Shown here: positions 1 to 8,687 of the stretch, one piece after another
Layout of the letters: each line of letters opens with the position of its first letter
How positions within the stretch are numbered: the stretch's first letter is position 1
Virus record (IMG/VR): IMGVR_UViG_2734482786_000007
Coordinates: 1-31,320 of that record
Strand: one strand, 5' to 3'
Source of the DNA: a virus
Taxonomy: Duplodnaviria; Heunggongvirae; Uroviricota; Caudoviricetes
Length of the DNA stretch: 31,320 nucleotides
Translations under genes and position numbers: made by a program
Notes under the pieces: generated by a model
Databases searched by the model: none
The model's input: only the letters and a program-made list of their open reading frames with translations
Told to the model about the DNA's origin: nothing

Positions 1-996
1 TTATGGACGCATTATGGACATTCCTGACACCGGGTTAAGAGTCACAGCATCTTGTAAGAAATCCGGTGCAAAGTGTGCGTAGGTCATAGTTTGCTGAATG
101 TTAGAATGACCCAGGATGCGCTGCAATGTGATTATGTTACCTCCATTCATTATAAAATGTGTGGCAAATGTATGCCTCAAAACATGCACTGCCTGTCCGT
201 CAGGTAAATCGGGTTTTACTTCCCTGAGAGCGTTGCGCACTTTGTAGTAACTGGCATTAAAAAGCCTGCCTGAATTTTTGGTCTTGATCCGTTTAATCAG
301 GTCCTGCGAAACGGGAATTGTCCTGCGCTTTCCGTTTTTAGTTTTCATAAACGTAACCATCTGGTTAATGATGTGTTCAGCTTTCAAATTAGACACTTCA
401 CTCCAGCGTCCACCAGTAGAAAGGCAGACCAGAGTTGCATTTAACTCATCACCATCAAGCATGGATAACAGCCGCGTAATCTCTTCACTGGACAAAAAAG
501 CCATTTCCGTAACAGCTTCACGTAACCGCTTAACCTCACGGAACGGGTTGTGAGAGTGATATTCACCGGCGTCAATTAACTTGGTGAACATCCCGCTCAT
601 TATTGCCAGATGCCGATTTACGCTGGCTGGTTTTAGGCCATCGTTCATCATTACAACGCGATAATCAGTTATCGTTTTCTTTGTTAGCTGGTCCGCCCTG
701 GACACTCCCATCTCGGCAAATTTGGCGATTATTGTCGTCAAACGCCCTCGTTCAATATCTCCACGCTCATGTGATTTTCCGTGATATATCCACCATCTGC
801 CTAACAACTCTGTAAGAGTTCGGCGGTCGGCCGGCTTCTCCAACCACTCTTTGTTGTGGTAGTTAACCAGGACATGACGTTCGAATGCTTGAGCTTCACC
901 TTTAGTTTTAAATTTCCGCCTGATACGTTTTCCATCTGCACCCTGCGGTCTGACGTCCACTTCATAACGACCATCATCGAGCTTTTTAATAGACAT
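1..996 (-). CDS. int: Tyrosine-family site-specific integrase (P2 Int-like), 331 aa
   Basis: ORF on the minus strand with ATG at 996..994 and a GGAGGG Shine-Dalgarno 8 nt upstream; C-terminal motifs HVLRHTFATH and LGHSNIQQTMTYAH are typical of the tyrosine recombinase catalytic domain; sits next to the repressor at the prophage edge as in P2. Confidence 0.92.
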   Translation of the reverse strand: MSIKKLDDGRYEVDVRPQGADGKRIRRKFKTKGEAQAFERHVLVNYHNKEWLEKPADRRTLTELLGRWWIYHGKSHERGDIERGRLTTIIAKFAEMGVSRADQLTKKTITDYRVVMMNDGLKPASVNRHLAIMSGMFTKLIDAGEYHSHNPFREVKRLREAVTEMAFLSSEEITRLLSMLDGDELNATLVCLSTGGRWSEVSNLKAEHIINQMVTFMKTKNGKRRTIPVSQDLIKRIKTKNSGRLFNASYYKVRNALREVKPDLPDGQAVHVLRHTFATHFIMNGGNIITLQRILGHSNIQQTMTYAHFAPDFLQDAVTLNPVSGMSIMRP

Positions 997-1089
997 AAAG
1001 CCCTCCGATGACGCTGTTTACTTCTACTACTTGAAAATTAATGCAATTTTCTTTCGTACATTTACTGCACACATATGCTGAATAAATCG

Positions 1090-1401
1090 TCAGCCAGTCT
1101 TTTGGTCTGAGTGGTGCAAGGTTGTTGAGTCTTGCCCAATGTGCGCGAGCGCCGGGGCTATTTGTCCGCCAGCGGGATCAGTTTCATCAAACATGAACCA
1201 GTCACGGTACTTGCGAAATCTTTCTGGCTTGAAAAATTTCATACCTGCGTCAAAAGACATCTTTACTTTTCCCTGCTCATATCCAGCATAGGTGTTGTAG
1301 TTAATTCCAGTTAATTCAGCAACTTGCTTCCTTGTCATTCTTTCTGATTCCCGAATAAGTGCGAGTTTCTCTGCTTGAGATGTGATTTGTGTATTTGACA
1401 T
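1090..1401 (-). CDS. C: Immunity repressor, P2 C-like HTH protein (104 aa from the ATG at 1401; ORF track extends to a TTG at 1449)
   Basis: Helix-turn-helix segment (RMTRKQVAELTGINYNTYAGYEQG) and a C-terminal GQIAPALAH motif that I remember from P2 C; transcribed toward int and divergent from cox. The ATG start is chosen because the protein then begins MSNT and matches P2 C in size. Confidence 0.8.
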   Translation of the reverse strand: MSNTQITSQAEKLALIRESERMTRKQVAELTGINYNTYAGYEQGKVKMSFDAGMKFFKPERFRKYRDWFMFDETDPAGGQIAPALAHIGQDSTTLHHSDQKTG

Positions 1402-1505
1402 GAATTGTCGTATCTCGTAATTTATGTTGTATGCGACACGCCAGAACAACGCAGAGCGGCTTCAAATAGCTCTGATTGAATGGCACCAAAGTTGAGGATA
1501 TCAAA
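1402..1505. promoter_or_regulatory. Divergent lysis-lysogeny switch region (expected Pc/Pe promoters and C/Cox operators)
   Basis: 104-bp non-coding gap between the divergent C and cox start codons; by P2 architecture this holds the face-to-face promoters. I could not resolve individual -10/-35 boxes or operator repeats with confidence. Confidence 0.4.
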
Positions 1506-1862
1506 ATGAGTATTGGATCAGAAATGAATAACGATGTTGGAGAAAAAGTATCTGATCTCACAAAAAGTAAAAAATGTGACATCAAACTTGCAGCCGCACC
1601 GTCGGATTTGCTCTCGAAAGAGGGTTTTGCTCTTTACATCGGTAAGACGCCTCGTGCTGTTGCTGAAATGGCGAAAGCAGGCAAGTTACCAGCCTTTTAT
1701 ATGACGGACCCATTAAAGCCGGGCGGTCATGCTGAGTTATGGATTAATCGTCGTGAGTGGGACAAGTACGCAGCCCAGCTAGTTGATGAAGCTCCGACAG
1801 AATGGCATGACTGGAAAAATCGCATTAGTTACAGCAAATCAAGACATGGCCGTGCGGCTTAA
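1506..1862 (+). CDS. cox: Cox-like excisionase/early repressor (118 aa from the ATG at 1506)
   Basis: First gene of the rightward early operon, GAGGA Shine-Dalgarno 8 nt upstream; segment FALYIGKTPRAVAEMAKAGKLPAFYMTDPLKPGG resembles the DNA-binding region of P2 Cox/186 Apl as I recall it. The ORF track start at 1476 is a TTG. Confidence 0.7.
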   Translation: MSIGSEMNNDVGEKVSDLTKSKKCDIKLAAAPSDLLSKEGFALYIGKTPRAVAEMAKAGKLPAFYMTDPLKPGGHAELWINRREWDKYAAQLVDEAPTEWHDWKNRISYSKSRHGRAA

Positions 1863-1872
1863 GGTGGAAAGG

Positions 1873-2043
1873 ATGAACGAGCCTCGTTGTATTGCTCAGT
1901 TATTGCGTAACGAAAGCCCCAGGGCGATTGACTTCACCATCACCCACGGGAAGGGGCGCAAGGGAATCATTATCCGCACCAAAAAACAGAGTCCGTTAAA
2001 AAAGGCTCTGACCTTTCTGAAAAGCCGGAGGGTATGGAAATGA
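1873..2043 (+). CDS. Small early-operon protein (56 aa), hypothetical; positional equivalent of P2 orf78
   Basis: ATG at 1873 preceded by a strong AAGGTGG Shine-Dalgarno; the longer ORF-track version (1783..) begins inside cox in another frame and is probably not real. Confidence 0.5.
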   Translation: MNEPRCIAQLLRNESPRAIDFTITHGKGRKGIIIRTKKQSPLKKALTFLKSRRVWK

Positions 2044-2540
2044 CAGTGATGACGCTCAATCTCGTTGAAAAACAGCCAGCAACCATGCGTCGGATAATTG
2101 GTAAGCATCTTGCCGTTCCTCGCTGGCAGGATACATGTGATTATTATAATCAGATGATGGAGCGCGAACGGCTAACAGTTTGCTTTCATGCGCAGTTAAA
2201 ACAGCGTCACGCAACGATGCGTTTTGAAGAAATGAACGACGTCGAACGTGAACGGCTGGTTTGTGCAATTGATGAATTGCGTGGGGCATTCTCAAAACGC
2301 CGTCAGGTCGGTGCAAGTGAGTATGCATATATTAGTTTTTTAACAGTCAGTCAGCGTCGTACTTTATTTATGCATGCCGGATTGACTGAAAAAGAATTCA
2401 ACCAGCCATACTGGCGAATTAATGAAGAGTCATGTTACTGGCGTGATGCTTTATTCCGTGCATTACGTGAATTATTCAGCCTGTTTGAGTATGCACCGAC
2501 AATTCTGACGTCGGTAAAACCAGAGCAATATCTGCATTAA
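2040..2540 (+). CDS. B: Replication protein B-like (166 aa)
   Basis: Position and length match P2 B (166 aa) when started at the third Met (ATG 2040, GGAGGG 7 nt upstream); no catalytic motif recognised, assignment is by synteny and size. Confidence 0.6.
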   Translation: MTVMTLNLVEKQPATMRRIIGKHLAVPRWQDTCDYYNQMMERERLTVCFHAQLKQRHATMRFEEMNDVERERLVCAIDELRGAFSKRRQVGASEYAYISFLTVSQRRTLFMHAGLTEKEFNQPYWRINEESCYWRDALFRALRELFSLFEYAPTILTSVKPEQYLH

Positions 2541-2603
2541 GTAATTAACCAGAGTTTTTAACGCACTTAATCGTGCGGGGCTTCTTTTTGCCTGGAGAAA
2601 GTT

Positions 2604-2828
2604 ATGCATACAGTTTCTGAAAATCAGTGCGGTAAATACGCATTACTGCTGCAACAGGCCAGAACCGAAGCACAGGCCGACGCTGCGACGCGCTTTTCTT
2701 CTCATCTTGATGCCATGATTCGCCACATCACAAAGGCGGAGTTATCCCGCGTGGAGATAGTCGAGCTGCTCAGTCAGGAGTCGGAAAAATTTCACAATAT
2801 CGGATTGTCTCGCGGGGAGGTGCTTTGA
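2604..2828 (+). CDS. Hypothetical early protein (74 aa), P2 orf80 position
   Basis: ATG 2604 with GGAG Shine-Dalgarno 5 nt upstream; stop overlaps the next start (TGATG). Confidence 0.6.
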   Translation: MHTVSENQCGKYALLLQQARTEAQADAATRFSSHLDAMIRHITKAELSRVEIVELLSQESEKFHNIGLSRGEVL

Positions 2829-3130
2829 TGTCCTGTTCTCGTTCAGTTGTATTACTGAATAACGCCTTAAAAATCGCCGTTATGAAAAATGGCGATTTGT
2901 CTCTTATTCAACTTGGTCTTGATAAAGAAAAACGCGAAATAACTGAGTCTGTTATCGCGATTTATCAGAACGAATTAAACCTCCTGTCTGATGTGGTCAA
3001 TTTACTTGTTAAACGCGCTGTGTTTCACAAGCAAATCTCCTCCGTGGATGAACTGACGAAATTAACGACAGAAATCGCCAGCTATTGCGCTGATGAATTT
3101 AAAAACCTTAACGACAAAAGGAACTGGTAA
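2828..3130 (+). CDS. Hypothetical early protein (100 aa), P2 orf81 position
   Basis: ATG 2828 with GGAGG 7 nt upstream, translationally coupled to flanking genes; the ORF track start at 2825 is a TTG. Confidence 0.6.
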   Translation: MSCSRSVVLLNNALKIAVMKNGDLSLIQLGLDKEKREITESVIAIYQNELNLLSDVVNLLVKRAVFHKQISSVDELTKLTTEIASYCADEFKNLNDKRNW

Positions 3131-3354
3131 TGTCGGACAACGTAGATTTTATTCAGGAACAACAGGCTGAATTACTGGAGCGCCAGATTAACGCGGCAAG
3201 GGTAAAACATTGCGGTGTTTCTGCGCTGGTTTGCGAAGAGTGTGACGCGCCAATACCTGCTGCCCGTCGTGCAGCTTATCCGTCAGCCACGCGTTGTGTT
3301 TCCTGCCAGTCAGTCTTTGAAGCAAAAAACAAGCATTACCGGAGAATGGCATGA
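3130..3354 (+). CDS. TraR/DksA-family C4 zinc-finger protein (74 aa), P2 orf82 position
   Basis: Two CxxC pairs (C-E-E-C and C-V-S-C) at the spacing typical of the TraR/DksA zinc finger; start overlaps the upstream stop (TAATG). Confidence 0.75.
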   Translation: MSDNVDFIQEQQAELLERQINAARVKHCGVSALVCEECDAPIPAARRAAYPSATRCVSCQSVFEAKNKHYRRMA

Positions 3355-3626
3355 GTATTCGTATCGAAATTGGCGAACGTTATGTCGTTACCAGTGACAG
3401 CTTTCAGTTTATTCTCCACGAGAAAAAGAGAGCGGAAAGCGGTAAAAACGCCGGTCATGAATGGCTGGCGGTGGTTGGTTATTACCCGAAATTAAGCCAG
3501 CTCGTTTCCGGCCTGATGCATCACGATATTCTGACCGGAAGCGCAAAATCTTTTGCTGATTTAAACGCGCAGGTTGAGCAACTCAGCAAGCGTTGTTCAG
3601 AGGCTTTTGGCTCATATGGCCGTTAA
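3351..3626 (+). CDS. Hypothetical early protein (91 aa), P2 orf83 position
   Basis: ATG 3351 overlapping the upstream stop (ATGA); GGAG Shine-Dalgarno; immediately precedes and overlaps gene A. Confidence 0.6.
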   Translation: MSIRIEIGERYVVTSDSFQFILHEKKRAESGKNAGHEWLAVVGYYPKLSQLVSGLMHHDILTGSAKSFADLNAQVEQLSKRCSEAFGSYGR

Positions 3627-5889
3627 AGCCTCCGGGCGTTTTGTCCCTCCGTCAGCATTTGCCGCAGGCACCGGTAAGACGTTTACCGGTGCTTATGCAT
3701 GGAACGCGCCACGCGAGGCCGTCGGGCGCGAAAGACCCCTTACACGTGACGAGATGCGTCAGGTGCAAGGTGTTTTATCCACGATTAACCGCCTGCCTTA
3801 CTTTTTGCGTTCGCTGTTTACTTCACGCTATGACTACATCCGGCGCAATAAAAGCCCGGTGCACGGGTTTTATTTCCTCACATCCACTTTTCAGCGTCGT
3901 TTATGGCCGCGCATTGAGCGTGTGAATCAGCGCCATGAAATGAACACCGACGCGTCGTTGCTGTTTCTGGCAGAGCGTGACCACTATGCGCGCCTGTCGG
4001 GAATGAATGACAAGGAGCTGAAAAAGTTTGCCGCCCGTATCTCATCGCAGCTTTTCATGATGTATGAGGAACTCAGCGATGCCTGGGTGGATGCGCATGG
4101 CGAAAAAGAATCACTGTTTACGGATGAGGCTCAGGCTCACCTGTATGGTCATGTTGCTGGCGCTGCACGTGCTTTCAATATTTCCCCTCTCTACTGGAAA
4201 AAATACCGTAAAGGACAGATGACCACGAGGCAGGCATATTCTGCCATTGCCCGTCTGTTTAACGATGAGTGGTGGATTAGTCAGCTTAAAGGCCAGCGTA
4301 TGCGCTGGCATGAGGCGTTACTGATTGCTGTCGGGGAGGTGAATAAAGACCGTTCTCCTTATGCCAGTAAACATGCCATTCGTGATGTGTGTGCGCGCCG
4401 CCAGGCAAATCTGGAATTTCTTAAATCGTGTGACCTTGAAAACAGGGAAACCGGCGAGCGCATCGACCTTATCAGTAAGGTGATGGGCAGTATTTCTAAT
4501 CCAGAAATTCGCCGGATGGAGCTGATGAACACCATTGCCGGTATTGAGCGTTACGCCGCAGCAGAGGGTGATGTGGGGATGTTTATCACGCTGACCGCGC
4601 CGTCAAAGTATCACCCGACACGTCAGGTAGGAAAAGGCGAAAGTAAAACCGTGCAGCTTAATCACGGCTGGAACGATGAGGCATTTAATCCAAAGGATGC
4701 GCAGCGTTATCTCTGCCGTATCTGGAGCCTGATGCGCACGGCATTCAAGGATAATGATTTACAGGTCTACGGTTTGCGTGTCGTCGAGCCACACCACGAC
4801 GGAACGCCGCACTGGCATATGATGCTTTTTTGTAATTCACGCCAGCGTAACCAGATTATCGAAATCATGCGTCGCTATGCGCTCAAAGAGGATGGCGACG
4901 AAAGAGGAGCCGCGCGAAACCGTTTTCAGGCAAAACACCTTAACCGGGGCGGTGCTGCGGGATATATCGCGAAATACATTTCAAAAAACATCGACGGCTA
5001 TGCACTGGATGGTCAGCTCGATAACGACACCGGCAGGCCGCTGAAAGACACTGCAGCGGCTGTTACCGCATGGGCGTCAACGTGGCGCATCCCGCAATTT
5101 AAAACGGTTGGCCTGCCGACAATGGGGGCTTACCGTGAACTACGCAAATTGCCGCGCGGCGTCAGCATTGCTGATGAGTTTGACGAGCGCGTCGAGGCTG
5201 CACGCGCCGCCGCAGACAGTGGTGATTTTGCGTTGTATATCAGCGCGCAGGGTGGGGCAAATGTCCCGCGCGATTGTCAGACTGTCAGAGTCGCCCGTAG
5301 CCCGTCGGATGAAGTTAACGAGTACGAGGAAGAAGTCGAGAGAGTGGTCGGCATTTACGCGCCGCATCTCGGCGCGCGTCATATTCATATCACCAGAACG
5401 ACGGACTGGCGCATTGTGCCGAAAATTCCGGTCGTTGAGCCTTTGACTTTAAAAAGCGGCATCGCCGCGCCTCGGAGTCCTGTCAATAACTGTGGAAAGC
5501 TCACCGGTGGTGATACTTCGTTACCGGCTCCCACACCTTCTGAGCACGCCGCAGCAGTGCTTAATCTGGTTGATGACGGTGTTATCGAATGGAATGACCC
5601 GGAGGTCGTGAGGGCGCTCAGAAGCGCATTAAAACACGGCCTGAGAAGACCAAACCGTCAGCAAAGAAACGGAAGCCCGTTAAAACCGCATGAAATAGCG
5701 CCATCGGCCAGACTTACCCGGTCGGAACGAATGCAAATTACCCGTATCCGCGTTGACCTTGCTCAGAACGGTATCAGGCCGCAGCGATGGGAGCTTGAGG
5801 CGCTGGCGCGTGGGGCAACCGTAAATTATGACGGGAAAAAATTCACGTATCCGATTGCTGAAGAGTGGTCGGGATTTTCCTCAAACTAA
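3616..5889 (+). CDS. A: Rolling-circle replication initiation endonuclease (P2 GpA-like), 757 aa from the ATG at 3616
   Basis: Large protein with the HUH-type metal-binding motif (PHWHMMLF) and an active-site tyrosine region (GYIAKYISKNIDGY) characteristic of P2 A; the N-terminus MAVKASGRFVPP matches my memory of P2 A. The ORF track start at 3574 would overlap the previous gene by 53 nt, so the internal ATG is preferred. Confidence 0.9.
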   Translation: MAVKASGRFVPPSAFAAGTGKTFTGAYAWNAPREAVGRERPLTRDEMRQVQGVLSTINRLPYFLRSLFTSRYDYIRRNKSPVHGFYFLTSTFQRRLWPRIERVNQRHEMNTDASLLFLAERDHYARLSGMNDKELKKFAARISSQLFMMYEELSDAWVDAHGEKESLFTDEAQAHLYGHVAGAARAFNISPLYWKKYRKGQMTTRQAYSAIARLFNDEWWISQLKGQRMRWHEALLIAVGEVNKDRSPYASKHAIRDVCARRQANLEFLKSCDLENRETGERIDLISKVMGSISNPEIRRMELMNTIAGIERYAAAEGDVGMFITLTAPSKYHPTRQVGKGESKTVQLNHGWNDEAFNPKDAQRYLCRIWSLMRTAFKDNDLQVYGLRVVEPHHDGTPHWHMMLFCNSRQRNQIIEIMRRYALKEDGDERGAARNRFQAKHLNRGGAAGYIAKYISKNIDGYALDGQLDNDTGRPLKDTAAAVTAWASTWRIPQFKTVGLPTMGAYRELRKLPRGVSIADEFDERVEAARAAADSGDFALYISAQGGANVPRDCQTVRVARSPSDEVNEYEEEVERVVGIYAPHLGARHIHITRTTDWRIVPKIPVVEPLTLKSGIAAPRSPVNNCGKLTGGDTSLPAPTPSEHAAAVLNLVDDGVIEWNDPEVVRALRSALKHGLRRPNRQQRNGSPLKPHEIAPSARLTRSERMQITRIRVDLAQNGIRPQRWELEALARGATVNYDGKKFTYPIAEEWSGFSSN

Positions 5890-6060
5890 TAATGATGTTT
5901 GACAAAGAGATGTTGATGAGACTAAAAATTTTATTTGTCTGTATAACCATTCGGTTAGAGTACAATAGTTCCGAGTGATAGGAATACAAATAATGACTAA
6001 GTTTTCAACATGCGATTGTTATGGGTTGAATTAAAGGTAAATAACTATGTTAAATAATAT

Positions 6061-6094
6061 AGGGCAAGAGGGTGTTCTTGCCCTTTGTTTATTT
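6061..6094. terminator. Bidirectional intrinsic terminator between gene A and the convergent cargo gene
   Basis: Perfect 8-bp stem AGGGCAAG/CTTGCCCT (6061..6068 and 6077..6084) with an 8-nt loop, followed by TTGTTTATTT on the plus strand and preceded by an A/T run that supplies a U-tract for the minus-strand transcript. Confidence 0.6.
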
Positions 6095-8687
6095 AAGCGG
6101 CGATTTCAATGTTGCTTTTATATTTTAAGAGGGCGTTTTTGGGAACTGCTGGCCAGGCTGAGTATCTATAATAGTTCATATAATCTTTCTCTATCAGTGT
6201 TTTTAGCTGTTTGTTAGCTTGAACTTCATCACCAAGTAAAAAGAATGCACACATGGCCGTAGCCCCTTTTGAATTGTTATGTGCTAAAACTGAATTTATC
6301 TCATTCTTTTTAATGTCTTGCCCTTCTTTTTTCTTGGCAACTTCTCTATTGATTATTAAAACATCTTTTTCCCTGTAATCTTTAATTTTTTCAAGGTTTT
6401 CATTAGCGATTTTAATTGTTTCTTTATAGTTTCCTGCAAGAAGATTGGTATAAGATTTTCCTAAGATATAATCACTAAACCCGTAACCTTTTTCATAAGC
6501 TTCATCAAGAAGAACTATCGCTTTATCATAATCGCCGTTTAAAGATGCAATATCAGATTTTAATTTTAAAATGGTGATTTCTGATTTGTTTCTTGGCAGG
6601 CCATCAATAAACTCCTCTGCCAATTTGATGTTGTTTTTATCAATTAGTAATATGTCTACAATACTGTTTGTATGATTATTTTTCCACGGGCAGTTCATGG
6701 CTTCTTTGACTAATTCAATACCAGCCTTGATGTCCCTGTTGCAGCCTATCTCATATCGAGCTTTAAATATAATGAAAGGAGCAATTCTTGCAATGTCGCT
6801 CTCTTCTTCATATTTATCAATAAAGCCTTTCATCAGGTTGGGAGTGTTTTCATCGAAGTCTGTTTCAAATAAAGATAGATGCAGTTGTGTTAAATATTTT
6901 AATATGTTTCTTTTTTTATTTTTTGATGATGTTTTGTAAGCGTTGGATAATGTATCTATGCATAATAATGTATCTTCTTTCTTTTGCAATGCGCAGGTGA
7001 AATCAGTATATAACGACAAATATGTATCGTGAGTAGGGTTGACCTCTTTTATTTTGTCAAGCAGTTCTTGTATTAATTTATTACAATCTTTCTTATCATG
7101 GCTTGATTGATGTTTTGTCTTTATTGCGTCATATTTTATTCTCCATGCAATATTATCCAGATCACTGCTTTGGAGTAAGCTTTTATCAATTAAATCATGT
7201 ATTTCATCAAAGGTTATTAATTCTTCATCATTATTTTCTAGATGTAGAATAGCAATTCTGCTTAAATGATTCTTAAGATTTATGCTATATGGGAATTTTT
7301 CAAGCAATCCCTTAAGGTAATGTATTTTTGCCTTTAGATCTGTGAATATGTTTGCCCTTGAAAGGGCGTAATTTATATTAAATTCATCAAGAGCTATAAG
7401 ATTATCACTAATTTCTAATGCTGACTTTGTGTCTTTTTGTTCTTCTTTTATTTCAATTAGCCTACGCAGATATTTAGACTTTATATTGTCACTATCAGCG
7501 TTATTGATTAATTCATTCAGTTTTGACTCTGCGTTTAAATAATTTTTATTTCTAATGAGGTTGTCAATGTATAACAAATTCTTAAAATCTTCTTCGGGGA
7601 TCTTTTGATCGTCTAAATCACTTTGGGATAGCTCGTTTATTAATGACGATATGTCATGTGTTAGAGTGTGTTTTTTTAATTTTGAGAGATCAGATTTGAT
7701 AATGCCATTTTTAGATAAGTTGTACTCATCTGTTATAAAGTTTTGGATCATCATCTCTCTTTTTGTGGATTTTTGATTCCCTCCAAAAGAGAGTGCGCAG
7801 CCTAATTCTAGGGCTAGTTCTGCCATCAATTCATCAAAACCTTCTATTTCTACCCAATAAACTTTATCTTGACCTAGAAGCCTAATAAGTTCTGGTGGGA
7901 TGGAGTCATTTTTTCTAACGCACCAGTATACTCCATTTCTTAGATAATCGTCCTGTTTTAATAAATGTTTTAAAACATCCATGATAGAGCTGTCATTGCC
8001 AGCATAACCAACAAAAATAATCCCGTATTCTTTAGTGAATTCAGTTAGTTTTTCACGAGTGTTACCTTCTAATGACTCGGTTTCTTTTAAAGAGCTTTTT
8101 ATGCTATCAAATAAATAATCACCATGTAATTTTATTATTTTTGGCCTTGAAGAAGTAATTGAGACGCCTTTAATTGATGAATCATGTGCACATAATAATG
8201 GTCTGTCAGAAGAAAATTGATAAAATGCTTCATTTATTAAATCGTCAAAATTTGTTGTGAAGACAGTATCAAAAAACTTTGATTCAAATAGTTCAACGAG
8301 ATAAGCATATCCAATTGAAGGTAATTTTTTGTCTACTTGAAGCTCAACAAATCTTCTGCGTTGAGATGGAAGATCAAATTTCTTTTCAAAAAGAGATGAG
8401 TATTCATTGTTTGGGTCGTACCAGACTGGATGGTTTTTGGATAGCCATTTTTTAGCTTCTTCGGCATCGACATATTCTTGATTGGATAGTCTTGTGTATA
8501 TCTCTTCTCTCCATTTCGCTACTAACTCTTGACCAGTTTTTATTCCAGATGTAACGGATGCGCCAGCACCAAGAAAAAGTGAATAGTTAGGTGATGTACC
8601 TGATTTGATTTTTATATAATCAGCTAAATCTTTAACGGTTCTTTTTTTGGCAACCAGTTGTTCCTTGGTAGTATCACGATCAGACAT
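6093..8687 (-). CDS. SIR2-like (DHS-like NAD-binding) domain protein with a long C-terminal helical/TPR-like domain, 864 aa; candidate single-gene anti-phage defence protein
   Basis: N-terminal about 300 aa carry the SIR2_2-type signature: glycine-rich loop FLGAGAS (G40-S44), TTNFDD (N146), KLHGDY (H188), FVGYAGND. The C-terminal about 560 aa are Lys/Asn/Asp/Glu-rich helical repeats (e.g. GDYDKAIVLLDEAYEKG). Strongly AT-rich against the flanking phage genes; own GGAGGG Shine-Dalgarno; sits where P2 carries tin/old. Confidence 0.8.
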   Translation of the reverse strand: MSDRDTTKEQLVAKKRTVKDLADYIKIKSGTSPNYSLFLGAGASVTSGIKTGQELVAKWREEIYTRLSNQEYVDAEEAKKWLSKNHPVWYDPNNEYSSLFEKKFDLPSQRRRFVELQVDKKLPSIGYAYLVELFESKFFDTVFTTNFDDLINEAFYQFSSDRPLLCAHDSSIKGVSITSSRPKIIKLHGDYLFDSIKSSLKETESLEGNTREKLTEFTKEYGIIFVGYAGNDSSIMDVLKHLLKQDDYLRNGVYWCVRKNDSIPPELIRLLGQDKVYWVEIEGFDELMAELALELGCALSFGGNQKSTKREMMIQNFITDEYNLSKNGIIKSDLSKLKKHTLTHDISSLINELSQSDLDDQKIPEEDFKNLLYIDNLIRNKNYLNAESKLNELINNADSDNIKSKYLRRLIEIKEEQKDTKSALEISDNLIALDEFNINYALSRANIFTDLKAKIHYLKGLLEKFPYSINLKNHLSRIAILHLENNDEELITFDEIHDLIDKSLLQSSDLDNIAWRIKYDAIKTKHQSSHDKKDCNKLIQELLDKIKEVNPTHDTYLSLYTDFTCALQKKEDTLLCIDTLSNAYKTSSKNKKRNILKYLTQLHLSLFETDFDENTPNLMKGFIDKYEEESDIARIAPFIIFKARYEIGCNRDIKAGIELVKEAMNCPWKNNHTNSIVDILLIDKNNIKLAEEFIDGLPRNKSEITILKLKSDIASLNGDYDKAIVLLDEAYEKGYGFSDYILGKSYTNLLAGNYKETIKIANENLEKIKDYREKDVLIINREVAKKKEGQDIKKNEINSVLAHNNSKGATAMCAFFLLGDEVQANKQLKTLIEKDYMNYYRYSAWPAVPKNALLKYKSNIEIAA

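Noticed and set aside
1403-1449. N-terminal extension of the C repressor to a TTG at 1449, and similar TTG-started extensions of cox, P, O, L and ogr in the ORF track
   Set aside because: Internal ATG starts with better Shine-Dalgarno spacing give proteins whose lengths match the P2 homologues exactly; the extensions would also invade promoter/operator regions or overlap upstream genes.
3593-3925. 110-aa ORF overlapping the start of gene A in another frame
   Set aside because: Fully contained in the A coding region out of frame; Cys/Arg-rich nonsense-like translation.
3616-5889. Origin of replication within gene A
   Set aside because: P2 ori is known to lie inside the A coding region, but I cannot place the nick site from memory with enough confidence to give coordinates.
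6697-6939. 80-aa ORF on the plus strand inside the SIR2-like gene
   Set aside because: Antisense to a well-supported long ORF, low-complexity AT-rich translation, no ribosome binding site.
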